64,000 nt of DNA, from positions 2,263-66,262 of the forward strand of contig CAXBKX010000016.1 in assembly GCA_963976475.1 (NCBI GenBank), given 5' to 3'. Below the pieces are notes generated by a model. It made no database searches, was not told the DNA's origin, and was given only the letters and a program-made list of their open reading frames with translations. Shown here in pieces: positions 19,498 through 29,878 of this stretch. Each line of letters opens with the position of its first letter. Positions within the stretch are counted from its first letter, which is position 1. Both the position numbers and the translations under genes were made by a program. This DNA is from an uncultured Rhodobacterales bacterium. Its GTDB lineage: Bacteria; Pseudomonadota; Alphaproteobacteria; Rhodobacterales; Rhodobacteraceae.

Positions 19498-19650
19498 ATG
19501 ACCCGAACAACCGTGCTTGCGCTCGTTGCATTGTCGGTTTTGAGCGGCTGCATCAGCGACCAAGGCAAATATGTTGCTGGGCGCGCCGACAACGACATGC
19601 TGCGCTTTTCCGCATCAAACTACGTGCTTGCCCTCGAGGATGCGCGCTAG
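19498..19650 (+). CDS. Small putative lipoprotein (50 aa; below ORF-track cutoff)
   Basis: GAGGAG RBS; MTRTTVLALVALSVLSGC lipoprotein signal, then ISDQGKYVAGRADNDMLRFSASNYVLALEDAR. Confidence 0.75.
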   Translation: MTRTTVLALVALSVLSGCISDQGKYVAGRADNDMLRFSASNYVLALEDAR

Positions 19651-19677
19651 GTCTGCCTGCCAGGGCGTCAACGACCA

Positions 19678-20664
19678 TCACAACATCGCAGGCACAACCA
19701 GATCCGGCGGACGATGCCCGTCGGCAAACGTCTTGATGTTGATAATCACCTTCTCCCCCATCTCGATACGGCCCTCACGGGTCGCCGAGCCCATATGCGG
19801 CAATAACACAACATTGGGCAGGTCCTTCAGCCGGGGGTTAATCGCGGCGGCATTCTCGAACACATCCAGACCGGCCCCCGCCAGATCACCACTGCGCAAC
19901 ATGCGGGTCAGGGCATTCTCGTCCACAACCTCGCCGCGCGACACATTCACCAAAACCGCGTCAGGCTTCATCAACTTCAACCGGCGCGCATTCATCAAAT
20001 GAAACGTCGAGGGCGTATGCGGACAACTGATCGACACCACATCCATGCGCGCCACCATCTGGTCAAGGCTCTCCCAATAGGTCACGCCCAAGGCCCCCTC
20101 GACCTCGGGGCGCAACCTTTTGCGATTGTGATAATGCACCTGCATCCCGAATGCATTTGCCCGGCGCGCCACCGCCTGGCCAATACGGCCCATGCCCAAA
20201 ATACCCAACCTGCGGCCCCCAATGCGGCCACCCAACATCGCGGTCGGACTCCACCCTTGCCAGTCATCCCCCTGCATCACGCGTAACCCCTCGGGAATGC
20301 GGCGGGTCACCGCCAACATCAGCGCCATCGCCATATCGGCGGTATCATCCGTGGTCACACCGGGGGTATTGGACACCTGAATGCCGCGCTGCCTTGCGGT
20401 CGAGACATCAATATTATCAACACCCGCCCCATATTGCGCAATCAACCGCAGGTTCTCTCCGGCACCCGCCAAAAGCCCCGCATCAATCTGGTCGGTGATC
20501 GTCGACACCAGCACATCTGCGGTGCGCATCGCTTGCGCCAACTCATCGCGGGTCATCGGCAGATCATCATCTCGCAGCGTGACATCAAACAGCTCGCACA
20601 ACCGCGTCTCGACAACATCGGGCAACCGTCGCGTCACAACAACACTCATGCGTTTACCTGCCAT
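19678..20664 (-). CDS. D-isomer-specific 2-hydroxyacid dehydrogenase (glyoxylate reductase-like)
   Basis: GAGVDNID, GILGMGRIG, LVNVSRG, GLDVFE, LPHMGS. Confidence 0.93.
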   Translation of the reverse strand: MAGKRMSVVVTRRLPDVVETRLCELFDVTLRDDDLPMTRDELAQAMRTADVLVSTITDQIDAGLLAGAGENLRLIAQYGAGVDNIDVSTARQRGIQVSNTPGVTTDDTADMAMALMLAVTRRIPEGLRVMQGDDWQGWSPTAMLGGRIGGRRLGILGMGRIGQAVARRANAFGMQVHYHNRKRLRPEVEGALGVTYWESLDQMVARMDVVSISCPHTPSTFHLMNARRLKLMKPDAVLVNVSRGEVVDENALTRMLRSGDLAGAGLDVFENAAAINPRLKDLPNVVLLPHMGSATREGRIEMGEKVIINIKTFADGHRPPDLVVPAML

Positions 20665-20777
20665 GAAACTCACTCCCCTGCTTTTCAAATCACGCCTAGG
20701 CTGTCAGATTGCAAGAAAGCGACGCAAGGCACAAGAACCGATGCGCCAAAACGAGCAGTGACAAAGGCGAATAGGCA

Positions 20778-21320
20778 ATGTTTTCATTAGGAAAATGGGT
20801 ATGTATCGGGCTGCTTTGGGCAAACTTGGCTAGCGCACAGGAAACCGGCCAATCCCCGGGGCAAACCACCCCTGTTTCGTCCAATGCCCCCACAATAGGT
20901 CCCGAAACAAACATGCCTATCCCGCGGTTTGCCTCGATGAATGCCTCCAAAGCAAACGTGCGGCGCGGCCCTTCCCTGACACAGCGCATCGACTGGATCT
21001 ATCAGCGGCGCGGGATGCCATTGCAAATCGTCGCCGAATACGGGCACTGGCGGCGGGTCATCGACCGCGACGGACAGGGCGGCTGGGTGAATTACCGGAT
21101 GATTTCGAGCGCACGCACCGTCATCGTGGATCAGGACATGTTACCCCTGCGGGCAAAACCCGACATCAACGCGCGCGAAAACGCCGAACTGGAACGCGGG
21201 GTCATCGCCAAAATCGAACAATGCGGCCCGGCTTGGTGCAAACTTAGCACAGGCGGCTACCGCGGCTGGGCACAAAAATCGGCCCTCTGGGGTGTTCTGC
21301 CCGATGAAATTCTCGAATAG
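20778..21320 (+). CDS. Bacterial SH3 domain-containing secreted protein
   Basis: Signal peptide; PIPRFASM, NVRRGPS, EYGHWRRVIDRDGQGGWV; tandem SH3-like repeats. Confidence 0.85.
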   Translation: MFSLGKWVCIGLLWANLASAQETGQSPGQTTPVSSNAPTIGPETNMPIPRFASMNASKANVRRGPSLTQRIDWIYQRRGMPLQIVAEYGHWRRVIDRDGQGGWVNYRMISSARTVIVDQDMLPLRAKPDINARENAELERGVIAKIEQCGPAWCKLSTGGYRGWAQKSALWGVLPDEILE

Positions 21321-21361
21321 GCGGGTTTGTCTCGACCATTGATCGCGGGTAAACAACAGCC

Positions 21362-22267
21362 ATGAGCCTGAAACCAGACACCCGCCTCAACCTTTCCGCC
21401 GGGCTCTTGTCCGTCTCGGTGGCGCTCGTTCTTGTGATCGCCAAACTCTGGGCTTACGGCCAGACAGGGTCGCTGTCTATCGCCGCCACCCTGGCCGACA
21501 GCGCGCTGGACCTGATGATGTCACTGGGCGGGCTGATTGCCATCGCCTATGCCGCCAAACCTGCCGATGACGACCATAACTTCGGCCACACCAGCGCCGA
21601 AGATCTGGCAGCATTGGGCCAATCCATCTTCATCGTGATTTCGGCCACCGTCATCGCCACCGCTGCCGTCCTGCGCCTGCTGTCCGATAATGTCAGCCTG
21701 CCGCAACGCGAAGCCAGCGGCATCGCCGTGATCGTCTTTTCCATCGTGCTGACGCTTGGTCTTGTGCTGTGGCAAAGACGGGTCGCCAAACAGACCGACA
21801 ACCGCGTGGTCAAAGCCGACAGCCTGCACTATCTCGGCGACCTGATTCCCAACATCGGCGTTATCATCGCACTTTGGGCCTCGGCCAGGTTCGGGATCGG
21901 ACAGATCGACAGTATCGTGGCCCTCGCCGCCGCCCTGCTTTTGGCATTCGGCGCGCTGCGGATCGGTAAAGCCGCCTTTGACGCCCTGATGGACAGACAG
22001 GCCGACCCCGAGATGATCGCAGGCATCGCAAAGATCGCGGGCAATTTCGCAGGGGTGCACGGGTTTCACGATCTCAAGACGCGGGTCGCAGGCAGCCGCG
22101 TTTTTGTGAATATCCATGTTGAGCTTGACGGCGACCAAACCCTCAACGCGGCCCATGCCATCAGCGCGGCCCTGCGCCGGGCCATCATCGCCGCCTACCC
22201 GCGCGCCGATGTGCTGATCCACCAAGACCCCGTCGGCGTCAAAAAACACCCCGACGACCCGCGCTAA
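21362..22267 (+). CDS. Cation diffusion facilitator family transporter (FieF-like)
   Basis: ADSALD, PADDDHNFGH, ADSLHYLGD, C-terminal dimerisation domain HQDP. Confidence 0.92.
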   Translation: MSLKPDTRLNLSAGLLSVSVALVLVIAKLWAYGQTGSLSIAATLADSALDLMMSLGGLIAIAYAAKPADDDHNFGHTSAEDLAALGQSIFIVISATVIATAAVLRLLSDNVSLPQREASGIAVIVFSIVLTLGLVLWQRRVAKQTDNRVVKADSLHYLGDLIPNIGVIIALWASARFGIGQIDSIVALAAALLLAFGALRIGKAAFDALMDRQADPEMIAGIAKIAGNFAGVHGFHDLKTRVAGSRVFVNIHVELDGDQTLNAAHAISAALRRAIIAAYPRADVLIHQDPVGVKKHPDDPR

Positions 22268-22295
22268 AGCGTCATACGCGGATCATACCCGGTAT

Positions 22296-24314
22296 TCAGG
22301 CCAATCCGCGGCCCTTCAACAAGGCCCCGACCCCCGGCATCCGCCCCCGGAAGGCCGTGTATAACTCTGCCGCATCCACCGATCCACCCGACGATAAAAT
22401 GGTCTCTTCCAACCGCTTGGCCAGTTCCGGATCAAACGGATCACCCGCCTCCTCGAACGCTGCATATGCGTCGGCATCCATCACCTCGGACCACATGTAG
22501 CTGTAATAGCCACATGAATACCCGTCGCCCGCAAACACATGGGCAAATTGCGGCGTGGCATGGCGCATCCGGATCGCGTGCGGCATCCCGATCTCTTCGA
22601 GAACCTGCGCTTGCTTCTGCATCGGATCAGCCGGCGGCGCACCCTCGTGAAACGCCAGATCCACCAGCGCAGAGGCCACATATTCCACCGTTGAAAACCC
22701 CATATCATAGGTCGCAGCCTTCAACATACGCCGCAACATCGGCTCGGGCATCGGCTCTTCTGTTTTGGCATGTGTCGCAAATTCCGTAAGTATTTCAGGG
22801 ACTTCCATCCAATGTTCAAACAGCTGGCTTGGCAGTTCGACAAAATCGCGTGCCACCGATGTGCCGCTGATGCTCTCATAAGTTACATCCGACAGCATCT
22901 GATGCAAGGCATGGCCAAACTCGTGAAACAACGTGCGCGCATCGTCATATGACAGCAGCGCAGGCTGGCCCTCTTCGGGCTTGGCAAAGTTGCACACATT
23001 GATCACATGCGGCCTGATATCACCGCCCATCCGGTGCTGCGACCGCATTGCAGAACACCACGCGCCGGATCGTTTTGAGCCCCGCGCAAAGTAATCACCG
23101 ATGAAAACCGCCACATGCGCGCCCTTGCGCGTCACCTCCCAAACACGCAGGTCCGCGTGGTATTTGGGCGCCTCAATTGGCGCAAATTCCAAGCCAAACA
23201 ACCGCGTCGCACAAGCAAATGCCGCCTCGATCATCCGGTCCAATTGCAGATAAGGCTTCAACGCCGCCTCATCCAGATCATGCAACTCCTTGCGGCGCTT
23301 TTCACTATAAAACCGCCAGTCCCACGCCTGCAACGGCCCGTCCCAGCCATCAGAATGCAGCATTCTTTCCAAGGCCTTGGCATCATGTTCCGCGGCCGCT
23401 TTTGCTGGCGTCCATACCTCCATCAACAGCTTGCGCACAGCATCCGGTGTGCCGGCCATTTCGGTCTCCAGCTTATAGTCCGCGAAACTCTCATAGCCCA
23501 AAAGCTGCGCCCGCTCGGCCCGCAATGCCAATGTTTCCGCCGCAATCGCGCGATTGTCGGTCTTGCCCGCATTGGCCCCGCGCGCGGTCCACGCCTCATA
23601 GGCCTTCTCGCGCAAATCTCGGCGCTCGGAAAACTGCAAAAACGGCACAATCAGGGACCGCGACAAGGTCACAACTGGCCCGTCTGCACCTTTTTCCCTG
23701 CCTGCCGCCCTGGCGGTCGCAACCACAAAATCGGGCAGGCCCGACAGCCCGTCATCATCCAGTGGCATGACCCAGTCCCGCTCGTCGGCCAGCAGGTTTT
23801 GGGTAAACTGCGTGCCCAAAACCGACAGCCGCGATTTCACGTCGCGCAACCGGTCCGCCGCCGCGCCGCGCAACTGCGCCCCCGCCCGCACAAACCCGCG
23901 CCGCGTCAACATCAAAACCCGCGCCTGCTCGTCTGTAAGATCCAGGTCATCACGTTGGTCCCACAAGGCCTCGACCCGCGCAAACAATGCCGCATTTTCC
24001 GTGACCCACGACCCGTAAGCACTCAATTTCGGGGCGAAATCCCGCTGCAACGCCTCGCGCGCAGGGTTACTGTCGGCCCCCGCCACGGTATAAAACGCGC
24101 CCAGAACACGGCCCAAAACCTCTTCGGCCACTTCCAGCGCCGCAACCGTGTTGGCAAAATCCGGCGCGTCGGCAGTCTGCACAATGGCTGTGATATTTGC
24201 CTTCGCTGTTTCTAGCGCGGCCTCCACCGCAGGGGCAAAATCATCGTCTGATATCGCCTCGAATGGCGGCAATTGAAACGGGGTGTCCCAGTCGGACAAC
24301 AGCGGATTGGTCAT
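22296..24314 (-). CDS. dcp: M3 family metallopeptidase (peptidyl-dipeptidase Dcp)
   Basis: NPLL start, FHEFGHALH zinc motif, DFVELPSQ, YYSYMWSEV. Confidence 0.93.
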   Translation of the reverse strand: MTNPLLSDWDTPFQLPPFEAISDDDFAPAVEAALETAKANITAIVQTADAPDFANTVAALEVAEEVLGRVLGAFYTVAGADSNPAREALQRDFAPKLSAYGSWVTENAALFARVEALWDQRDDLDLTDEQARVLMLTRRGFVRAGAQLRGAAADRLRDVKSRLSVLGTQFTQNLLADERDWVMPLDDDGLSGLPDFVVATARAAGREKGADGPVVTLSRSLIVPFLQFSERRDLREKAYEAWTARGANAGKTDNRAIAAETLALRAERAQLLGYESFADYKLETEMAGTPDAVRKLLMEVWTPAKAAAEHDAKALERMLHSDGWDGPLQAWDWRFYSEKRRKELHDLDEAALKPYLQLDRMIEAAFACATRLFGLEFAPIEAPKYHADLRVWEVTRKGAHVAVFIGDYFARGSKRSGAWCSAMRSQHRMGGDIRPHVINVCNFAKPEEGQPALLSYDDARTLFHEFGHALHQMLSDVTYESISGTSVARDFVELPSQLFEHWMEVPEILTEFATHAKTEEPMPEPMLRRMLKAATYDMGFSTVEYVASALVDLAFHEGAPPADPMQKQAQVLEEIGMPHAIRMRHATPQFAHVFAGDGYSCGYYSYMWSEVMDADAYAAFEEAGDPFDPELAKRLEETILSSGGSVDAAELYTAFRGRMPGVGALLKGRGLA

Positions 24315-24372
24315 GGAAAAGTCTCCTTTGACCACAACCTATGTCGCCCGCACGCGTTCGGCCAGCCCTGAC

Positions 24373-25161
24373 CTAACGCTGCCGCATTCTGCGCTCGAAA
24401 TTGCGCAAGGCAATCGACAGGGTGATCGTCATTGTCAGATACACCAGCGCCACCACGTTATAGGTCTCGAAATAGCGAAAATTTCCCGCCGCGGTCACCT
24501 TGCCAAGCTGCGTGATGTCGGTCACGCCCAGCACCGAGACAAGGCTGGAATCTTTCAGCATCGCCACAAAATCATTGCCCAAAGGCGGTAAAATCATCCT
24601 CAAAGCTTGCGGAAAAACGATATGGCGCAATCGCTGCCAGCCGTTCAGGCCCAGCGCCTTGGCCGCCTCGATCTGGCCCTTTTCGACCGATTGCAGCCCG
24701 GCGCGAAACACCTCTGCCAGAAACGACGCATAGGCAAGCGTCAGCGCGATTACCGCGCGCCACAAAAGCGAAAAATCGCGTGTGCGGATCGGATCAAACC
24801 CGAGCCAACCCAAGACCCAATTCCACGCCAGCACCAGTGCCGGTGCCAGCACAAACGCCACATACAACAATAGCACAATGATCGGCACACCGCGCACAAC
24901 CTCGACGTAAAACCGCGCAACCTGCCGCAAAACGATCCAGCGCGACATGCCCGCCAGCGCCAGCATCAACCCCAGACCACAGGCTAAAACATAAGCGATC
25001 ACCGTCACATAGGCCGTAGTCCAAATCCCCTTGCGCAAAATATCCAGCACACCGGCATAGGTCTCGTCGGTCAAAACCTGTGCAAACATCCACAGCCCAA
25101 GCCCAAGCACAGCCAAAAGCCACCACGGAAAATCGCGATCATCGGGGGATGTGGGGATCAT
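24373..25161 (-). CDS. Polar amino acid ABC transporter permease
   Basis: RGVPIIV, AEVFRAGLQSVEKGQIEAAKALG (EAA motif), LKDSSLVS. Confidence 0.93.
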   Translation of the reverse strand: MIPTSPDDRDFPWWLLAVLGLGLWMFAQVLTDETYAGVLDILRKGIWTTAYVTVIAYVLACGLGLMLALAGMSRWIVLRQVARFYVEVVRGVPIIVLLLYVAFVLAPALVLAWNWVLGWLGFDPIRTRDFSLLWRAVIALTLAYASFLAEVFRAGLQSVEKGQIEAAKALGLNGWQRLRHIVFPQALRMILPPLGNDFVAMLKDSSLVSVLGVTDITQLGKVTAAGNFRYFETYNVVALVYLTMTITLSIALRNFERRMRQR

Positions 25162-25208
25162 CTGTCAGACATGGCCCCGCGCATCGGCAGGGCCATTCCC
25201 GGCACGGC

Positions 25209-25994
25209 TTATTGGCCCACCTTGAAATCAAGGAACCACTTGGTATTGAGCGCCTCGATCGTGCCGTCCGCCCGCATATCCGCAATCGCCGCATTGATCG
25301 GTGCGACCAGATCAGAGCCCTTGGGGAAGATGAAGCCAAAGTCCTCTGTGCCCAGTTTTTCACCGACGATTTTCAGCGCCCCGTCTGACGCCGCGACATA
25401 GCCGTTGCCCGCTGTGCCATCCGTCAGCACCAGATCAACATCACCGGTGCGCAGCGCTTGCACGGTGGCACCGAATGTTTCCATCAACTGGATCCGCGGG
25501 TTGGCCTCGTCGCCATCAAGCACGTCATAAACGCCCACATAAAACGGCGTCGTGCCAGGTTGGGCCGCCATCATCAGGTCGGGGTTGGCCGCGAATGTGG
25601 CCGCATCCATAAACCGGTCTTCATCACCGCGCACCAGCATGACCATCTCGGATGTCATATAGGGATCGGAAAAATCGACAACCTCGGCGCGGTCTTCGCG
25701 GATTGTGATGCCGGTCATGCCGATGTCGAACTGGGCCTCCGACACCGCCGGTATCATCGCGTCCCAACTGATATTCTCATATGAGACCGTCGCGTTCAGA
25801 CGCGTGGCGATCTCGGCCATCGCGTCATATTCCCAACCCACTGCCGCGCCATCCGCGCCGACAAATTGCAACGGCGGATAAGCGTTTTCAGTCACAACCA
25901 CGATCTGTTGGCCGTCAAGATCCGGCAAATGACCTTCGGCTTGGGCAAGTGTCCCGATCAGGGCCGCAGCAGTCAGTGTCGCTATAAATTTCAT
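25209..25994 (-). CDS. Polar amino acid ABC transporter substrate-binding protein
   Basis: Signal peptide; [40 protein letters not shown]. Confidence 0.92.
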   Translation of the reverse strand: MKFIATLTAAALIGTLAQAEGHLPDLDGQQIVVVTENAYPPLQFVGADGAAVGWEYDAMAEIATRLNATVSYENISWDAMIPAVSEAQFDIGMTGITIREDRAEVVDFSDPYMTSEMVMLVRGDEDRFMDAATFAANPDLMMAAQPGTTPFYVGVYDVLDGDEANPRIQLMETFGATVQALRTGDVDLVLTDGTAGNGYVAASDGALKIVGEKLGTEDFGFIFPKGSDLVAPINAAIADMRADGTIEALNTKWFLDFKVGQ

Positions 25995-26041
25995 CAGATC
26001 AGTCCCCCGTTGATAAGTTTGAGATGACTATGGCGCGCAAT

Positions 26042-27082
26042 TCAGTGGAGTCCAGCGCAGACCTTGCAATCGACGCGCCGCTTGGCGGAAATCACGCGGA
26101 TTTGGGCGTAAAGTGCATCATAAATCATCAAACGCCCGCGCAGCCCCTCGCCCGCCCCGGTGATTTCCTTGACCGTTTCAAGCGCCATCATCGCACCGAT
26201 CACGCCCGGCAAAGGGCCGACCACGCCCGCCTCGGCGCAGGCAGGCACCAGCGCAGGATCAGGCGCATCTGGGAAAATGCAAGCATAGCACGGCGCGCCG
26301 CGCGCAGGATCATATAGGCTGATCTGCCCTTCCCACTGGGTCAGCGCGCCCGCGATCAAGGGTTTGCCCAGCTGCGCGCAGGCCGCATTGACCGCATAGC
26401 GCGTGTCGAAATTGTCGCTGCCATCCAGCACCAGATCATAGTCCGCGATCAACGTGGTAGCCATTTCGGCGGTGAGCCGCCGCTGGTAGGGGCGCACGGT
26501 CACATTTGGGTTTTGCGCGGTCATCGCATCGGCGGCAGACAGCACCTTGGCGCGCCCGATCTGCGCATCCGTATGGATCACCTGGCGTTGCAAATTGGCG
26601 TTCTCGACCAGATCATCGTCGATCACCCCGATCGTGCCCACGCCCGCCGCTGCCAGATATTGCAACACCGGCGCGCCCAATCCGCCCGCCCCGACGACCA
26701 GCACTTTGGCGTCTTTCAACGCCTTTTGCCCCCGCCCACCCACTTCACGCAGCATGATATGGCGCGCATAGCGGTCCAGCTCGATGTCCGAAAACGGGCC
26801 GTCCTGCGGACCGGGTGCCCGCACCGCATCCGCGCGCGCCTTGACCTTGCGCAACAGCGCGCGATACCCAAGACCAATGGCGATAAAGGCAAAGATCATC
26901 AGCCACAAACGCACATCGCCGCCTGTGGCCTCTCGCAGCGGATGCCCGTTTGGCAAGGCCAGTTGCAGCGCAATCACGACGCCCAAAAGCACCGAAATCA
27001 TCACCCATCGCGCGCGTTTGGGTGTGCCCATCGCAGCGCCGGTTCCCCAAAGCACCGCCATCATCGCAAGAACGGTAATCAT
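26042..27082 (-). CDS. moeB: MoeB/ThiF family adenylyltransferase with N-terminal membrane segment
   Basis: RYARHI, VGAGGLG, NLQRQ, DGSDNF, CYAC and terminal CKVC zinc motifs. Confidence 0.88.
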   Translation of the reverse strand: MITVLAMMAVLWGTGAAMGTPKRARWVMISVLLGVVIALQLALPNGHPLREATGGDVRLWLMIFAFIAIGLGYRALLRKVKARADAVRAPGPQDGPFSDIELDRYARHIMLREVGGRGQKALKDAKVLVVGAGGLGAPVLQYLAAAGVGTIGVIDDDLVENANLQRQVIHTDAQIGRAKVLSAADAMTAQNPNVTVRPYQRRLTAEMATTLIADYDLVLDGSDNFDTRYAVNAACAQLGKPLIAGALTQWEGQISLYDPARGAPCYACIFPDAPDPALVPACAEAGVVGPLPGVIGAMMALETVKEITGAGEGLRGRLMIYDALYAQIRVISAKRRVDCKVCAGLH

Positions 27083-27528
27083 GTGCCTGTCGACCCGAAA
27101 CCACCCGCACCGCGCGCCGTGGCGTCCAAAGCGTCCACAAGCAAAAACCGCGCCTGCACCACGGGGGCCACCACCATCTGGGCAATGCGCATCCCATGGG
27201 TCACGTCAAACGGCGCATCCCCCATGTTCACCAAAATCACCCCCACAGGACCGCGGTAATCGCTATCAATCGTGCCCGGCGCATTGACCATACTGATCCC
27301 GTGGTTCAGCGCCAAACCAGAGCGCGGTCTGATCTGCACCTCGAACCCCTGTGCAATCGCCATGCGCAGACCGGTGGGGATCAATGCGCGCGCGCCTGCG
27401 GCCAATGTCACGCTTTTGCGGTCCGCAAAGTTGGCCCGCACATCAGCCCCCGCCGCCCCCGCCGTCGCGTAAGCGGGCAAGGCAATGCTGCTATCTGCCC
27501 CATCCGCCAATGCAAGCTGCACGATCAT
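27079..27528 (-). CDS. dut: dUTP pyrophosphatase
   Basis: [37 protein letters not shown]. Confidence 0.97.
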   Translation of the reverse strand: MIVQLALADGADSSIALPAYATAGAAGADVRANFADRKSVTLAAGARALIPTGLRMAIAQGFEVQIRPRSGLALNHGISMVNAPGTIDSDYRGPVGVILVNMGDAPFDVTHGMRIAQMVVAPVVQARFLLVDALDATARGAGGFGSTGT

Positions 27529-28718
27529 GCAATCACCTGTGCGATTTTCGCGGCAAGCTTGACGGCCACCGCATCCTTGCTCATGCGCGGCCAATCCTCG
27601 GACCCGTCGGCCATGATCAGCGTGACATCGTTTTCAGCCCCGCCCATGATGCAGGTGGCAGGTGACACATCATTGGCCACGATCCAGTCACAGCCTTTGC
27701 GCAGCCGCTTGGCGGTGGCATTGGCGATCACATCGTCGGTCTCTGCGGCAAAGCCCACAACCAGCGTCGGGCGCCCCTTTTTCATGTGCGAAACCGTCGC
27801 AAGGATGTCGGGGTTCTCGGCAAATGCCAAATCAGGCAAGCCGCTGCCGTCTTTCTTGATCTTGGACGACCCCGCGTTTGTCACCCGCCAATCCGCCACA
27901 GCCGCTGCAAATACCGCCGCATCCGCTGCGGGTGCATCCATCACAGCCACCAGCATTTGTGCCGCCGTCTGCACCCTGACCACATGCACACCCTGCGGCG
28001 GGGCCACGTCTGCGGGACCGGTCACAAACGTCACATCCGCGCCAAGTGCCGCCAAGGCCCGCGCAATCGCCGCGCCCTGCGCGCCAGACGACCGGTTCGC
28101 GATATAGCGCACGGGGTCAATCGGCTCTTGGGTCGGACCCGATGTCACCAGCACATGCTTGCCCTTCAACGGCCCGTCCGCCAGTGCGGCGTCAATTGCT
28201 GCGACTATCTCGAGCGGTTCCGCCATGCGTCCAAAGCCAAATTCACCGCAGGCCATATCGCCCTCATTGGGTCCAACCGTCAGCACACCGTCGGCCATCA
28301 GTGTCGCCAGGTTGCGCCGCGTCGCGGGATGATCCCACATGCGCACATTCATCGACGGGGCGACCAGCACCCGCTTGTCGGTGGCCAGCAAAAGCGTGGA
28401 CGCCAGATCATTGGCCAATCCGCCCGCCATTTTCGCCATCACATCGGCGGTCGCTGGGGCCACAACGATCAGATCGGCGGCGCGCGACAGCTCGATATGG
28501 CCCATCTCGGCCTCGGCAGTCAGATCAAACAGGTCCTGATACAGTTTTTCACCTGCCAGCGCAGAAACACTTAACGGGGTTACAAATTCGGCCCCGGCCC
28601 TGGTTAAAACCGGCGTCACCTTTGCGCCGCGTTCACGCAAACGGCGGATCAGGTCCAGCGACTTGAACGCCGCCACGCCGCCCGCAATAATCAGCAATAT
28701 ATGTTTGTCGGCCAGCAT
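27525..28718 (-). CDS. coaBC: Phosphopantothenoylcysteine decarboxylase/synthetase
   Basis: [47 protein letters not shown]. Confidence 0.96.
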   Translation of the reverse strand: MLADKHILLIIAGGVAAFKSLDLIRRLRERGAKVTPVLTRAGAEFVTPLSVSALAGEKLYQDLFDLTAEAEMGHIELSRAADLIVVAPATADVMAKMAGGLANDLASTLLLATDKRVLVAPSMNVRMWDHPATRRNLATLMADGVLTVGPNEGDMACGEFGFGRMAEPLEIVAAIDAALADGPLKGKHVLVTSGPTQEPIDPVRYIANRSSGAQGAAIARALAALGADVTFVTGPADVAPPQGVHVVRVQTAAQMLVAVMDAPAADAAVFAAAVADWRVTNAGSSKIKKDGSGLPDLAFAENPDILATVSHMKKGRPTLVVGFAAETDDVIANATAKRLRKGCDWIVANDVSPATCIMGGAENDVTLIMADGSEDWPRMSKDAVAVKLAAKIAQVIA

Positions 28719-28784
28719 CTGTCTGTCTCCGGTATTACGCACCGACATTAGGGCAAGTCATACCGGAAACACAATGTGCGGCGG

Positions 28785-29663
28785 TCAGTTCAAAAACGCC
28801 ATCAATTCGGGGCCTTGCGCCTCGAGCGATTTGCGCATTTTACCAAAGGCCGACGCCTCCAACTGGCGCACCCGCTCTTTGCTTAAACCCAACTCGCCGC
28901 CAAGGCTCTCGAGCGTGCGTGGCTCGTCGCGCATTTTGCGCTCAAGCACAATGAACTGTTCGCGCTCGTTCAGCGTGGTCAGCGCCGTCAACAACCATTG
29001 GCGCAGCGTATCGGTGTCATGGCTATTGCCAACTTTCTCCTCGGCCTGCGGGGCGTCATCTTCCAGCGCATCAATCCACTCGCGGCCCTCGTCCTCGGCC
29101 GATTGGGTCGCGTTCAGCGAAAAGTCAGAGCCCGACAAGCGCCCGTCCATCATCACCACATCCTGCACCGGCACGCCCACCTCGGCGGCAATCAGCTCGT
29201 GCAACACATGGGTTTCCAATGTGCGCCCCTCTGCCGCTGCCTCGCGCTCAATGCGGGCCTGAACCCGGCGCAGATTGAAAAACAGCGATTTTTGCGACGA
29301 TGTGGACCCGGTGCGCACCATCGACCAGTTGCGCATCACATGGTCCTGGATCGACGCCTTGATCCACCAGACCGCATAGGTCGAAAACCGCACCCCGCGG
29401 TCAGGGTCGAATTTGTCGGCGGCCTTCATCAATCCAACCGACGCCTCTTGGATCAAGTCGTTCATCGGCGCACCGTAGCGGCGAAATTTGCCCGCCATCG
29501 AGATCGCCAAGCGCATATAGGCCGTGATCAAACGGTGCAGCGCCTGTTCGTCACGATGATCGCGCCACGCATAGGCCAATGCCAATTCGGTTTCGGCATC
29601 AAGCATCTCTGCGCGCATTGCTTTGCGTGTATGTGTTTGGTCAAAAGTCCCGGCAACAGCCAT
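28785..29663 (-). CDS. rpoH2: RNA polymerase sigma-32 family factor RpoH2
   Basis: DLIQEA, FDPDRGVRFSTYAVWWIKASIQ, RpoH box SSQKSLFFNLR, SKERVRQLE; position next to coaBC. Confidence 0.9.
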   Translation of the reverse strand: MAVAGTFDQTHTRKAMRAEMLDAETELALAYAWRDHRDEQALHRLITAYMRLAISMAGKFRRYGAPMNDLIQEASVGLMKAADKFDPDRGVRFSTYAVWWIKASIQDHVMRNWSMVRTGSTSSQKSLFFNLRRVQARIEREAAAEGRTLETHVLHELIAAEVGVPVQDVVMMDGRLSGSDFSLNATQSAEDEGREWIDALEDDAPQAEEKVGNSHDTDTLRQWLLTALTTLNEREQFIVLERKMRDEPRTLESLGGELGLSKERVRQLEASAFGKMRKSLEAQGPELMAFLN

Positions 29664-29716
29664 GTCATACCCCCTTATGGTCTGATCAGCGATTTTAACG
29701 TTTTGGTCATAGCTAT

Positions 29717-29742
29717 TACGTGGCCCCGCGTAGGGCGGATCA
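29717..29742 (-). promoter_or_regulatory. Candidate RpoE (sigma-E/ChrR) promoter of rpoH2: TGATCC-N15-ACGTA
   Basis: Matches the Rhodobacter sphaeroides RpoE consensus as I recall it (TGATCC-N15-GCGTA) at 10 of 11 positions with exact spacing. Confidence 0.6.
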
Positions 29743-29878
29743 AAATCAGGTCAAGTTTTGCTGCGCAGGCAGGCATCGATCACATCCGGTGATGCGCCGG
29801 GCACCCAAAATCATTGGAGATCAAATGCGGGCCGCGCTAAACGTCGCGGACTGCAAAACCCGAACTGGACATCCCGTC

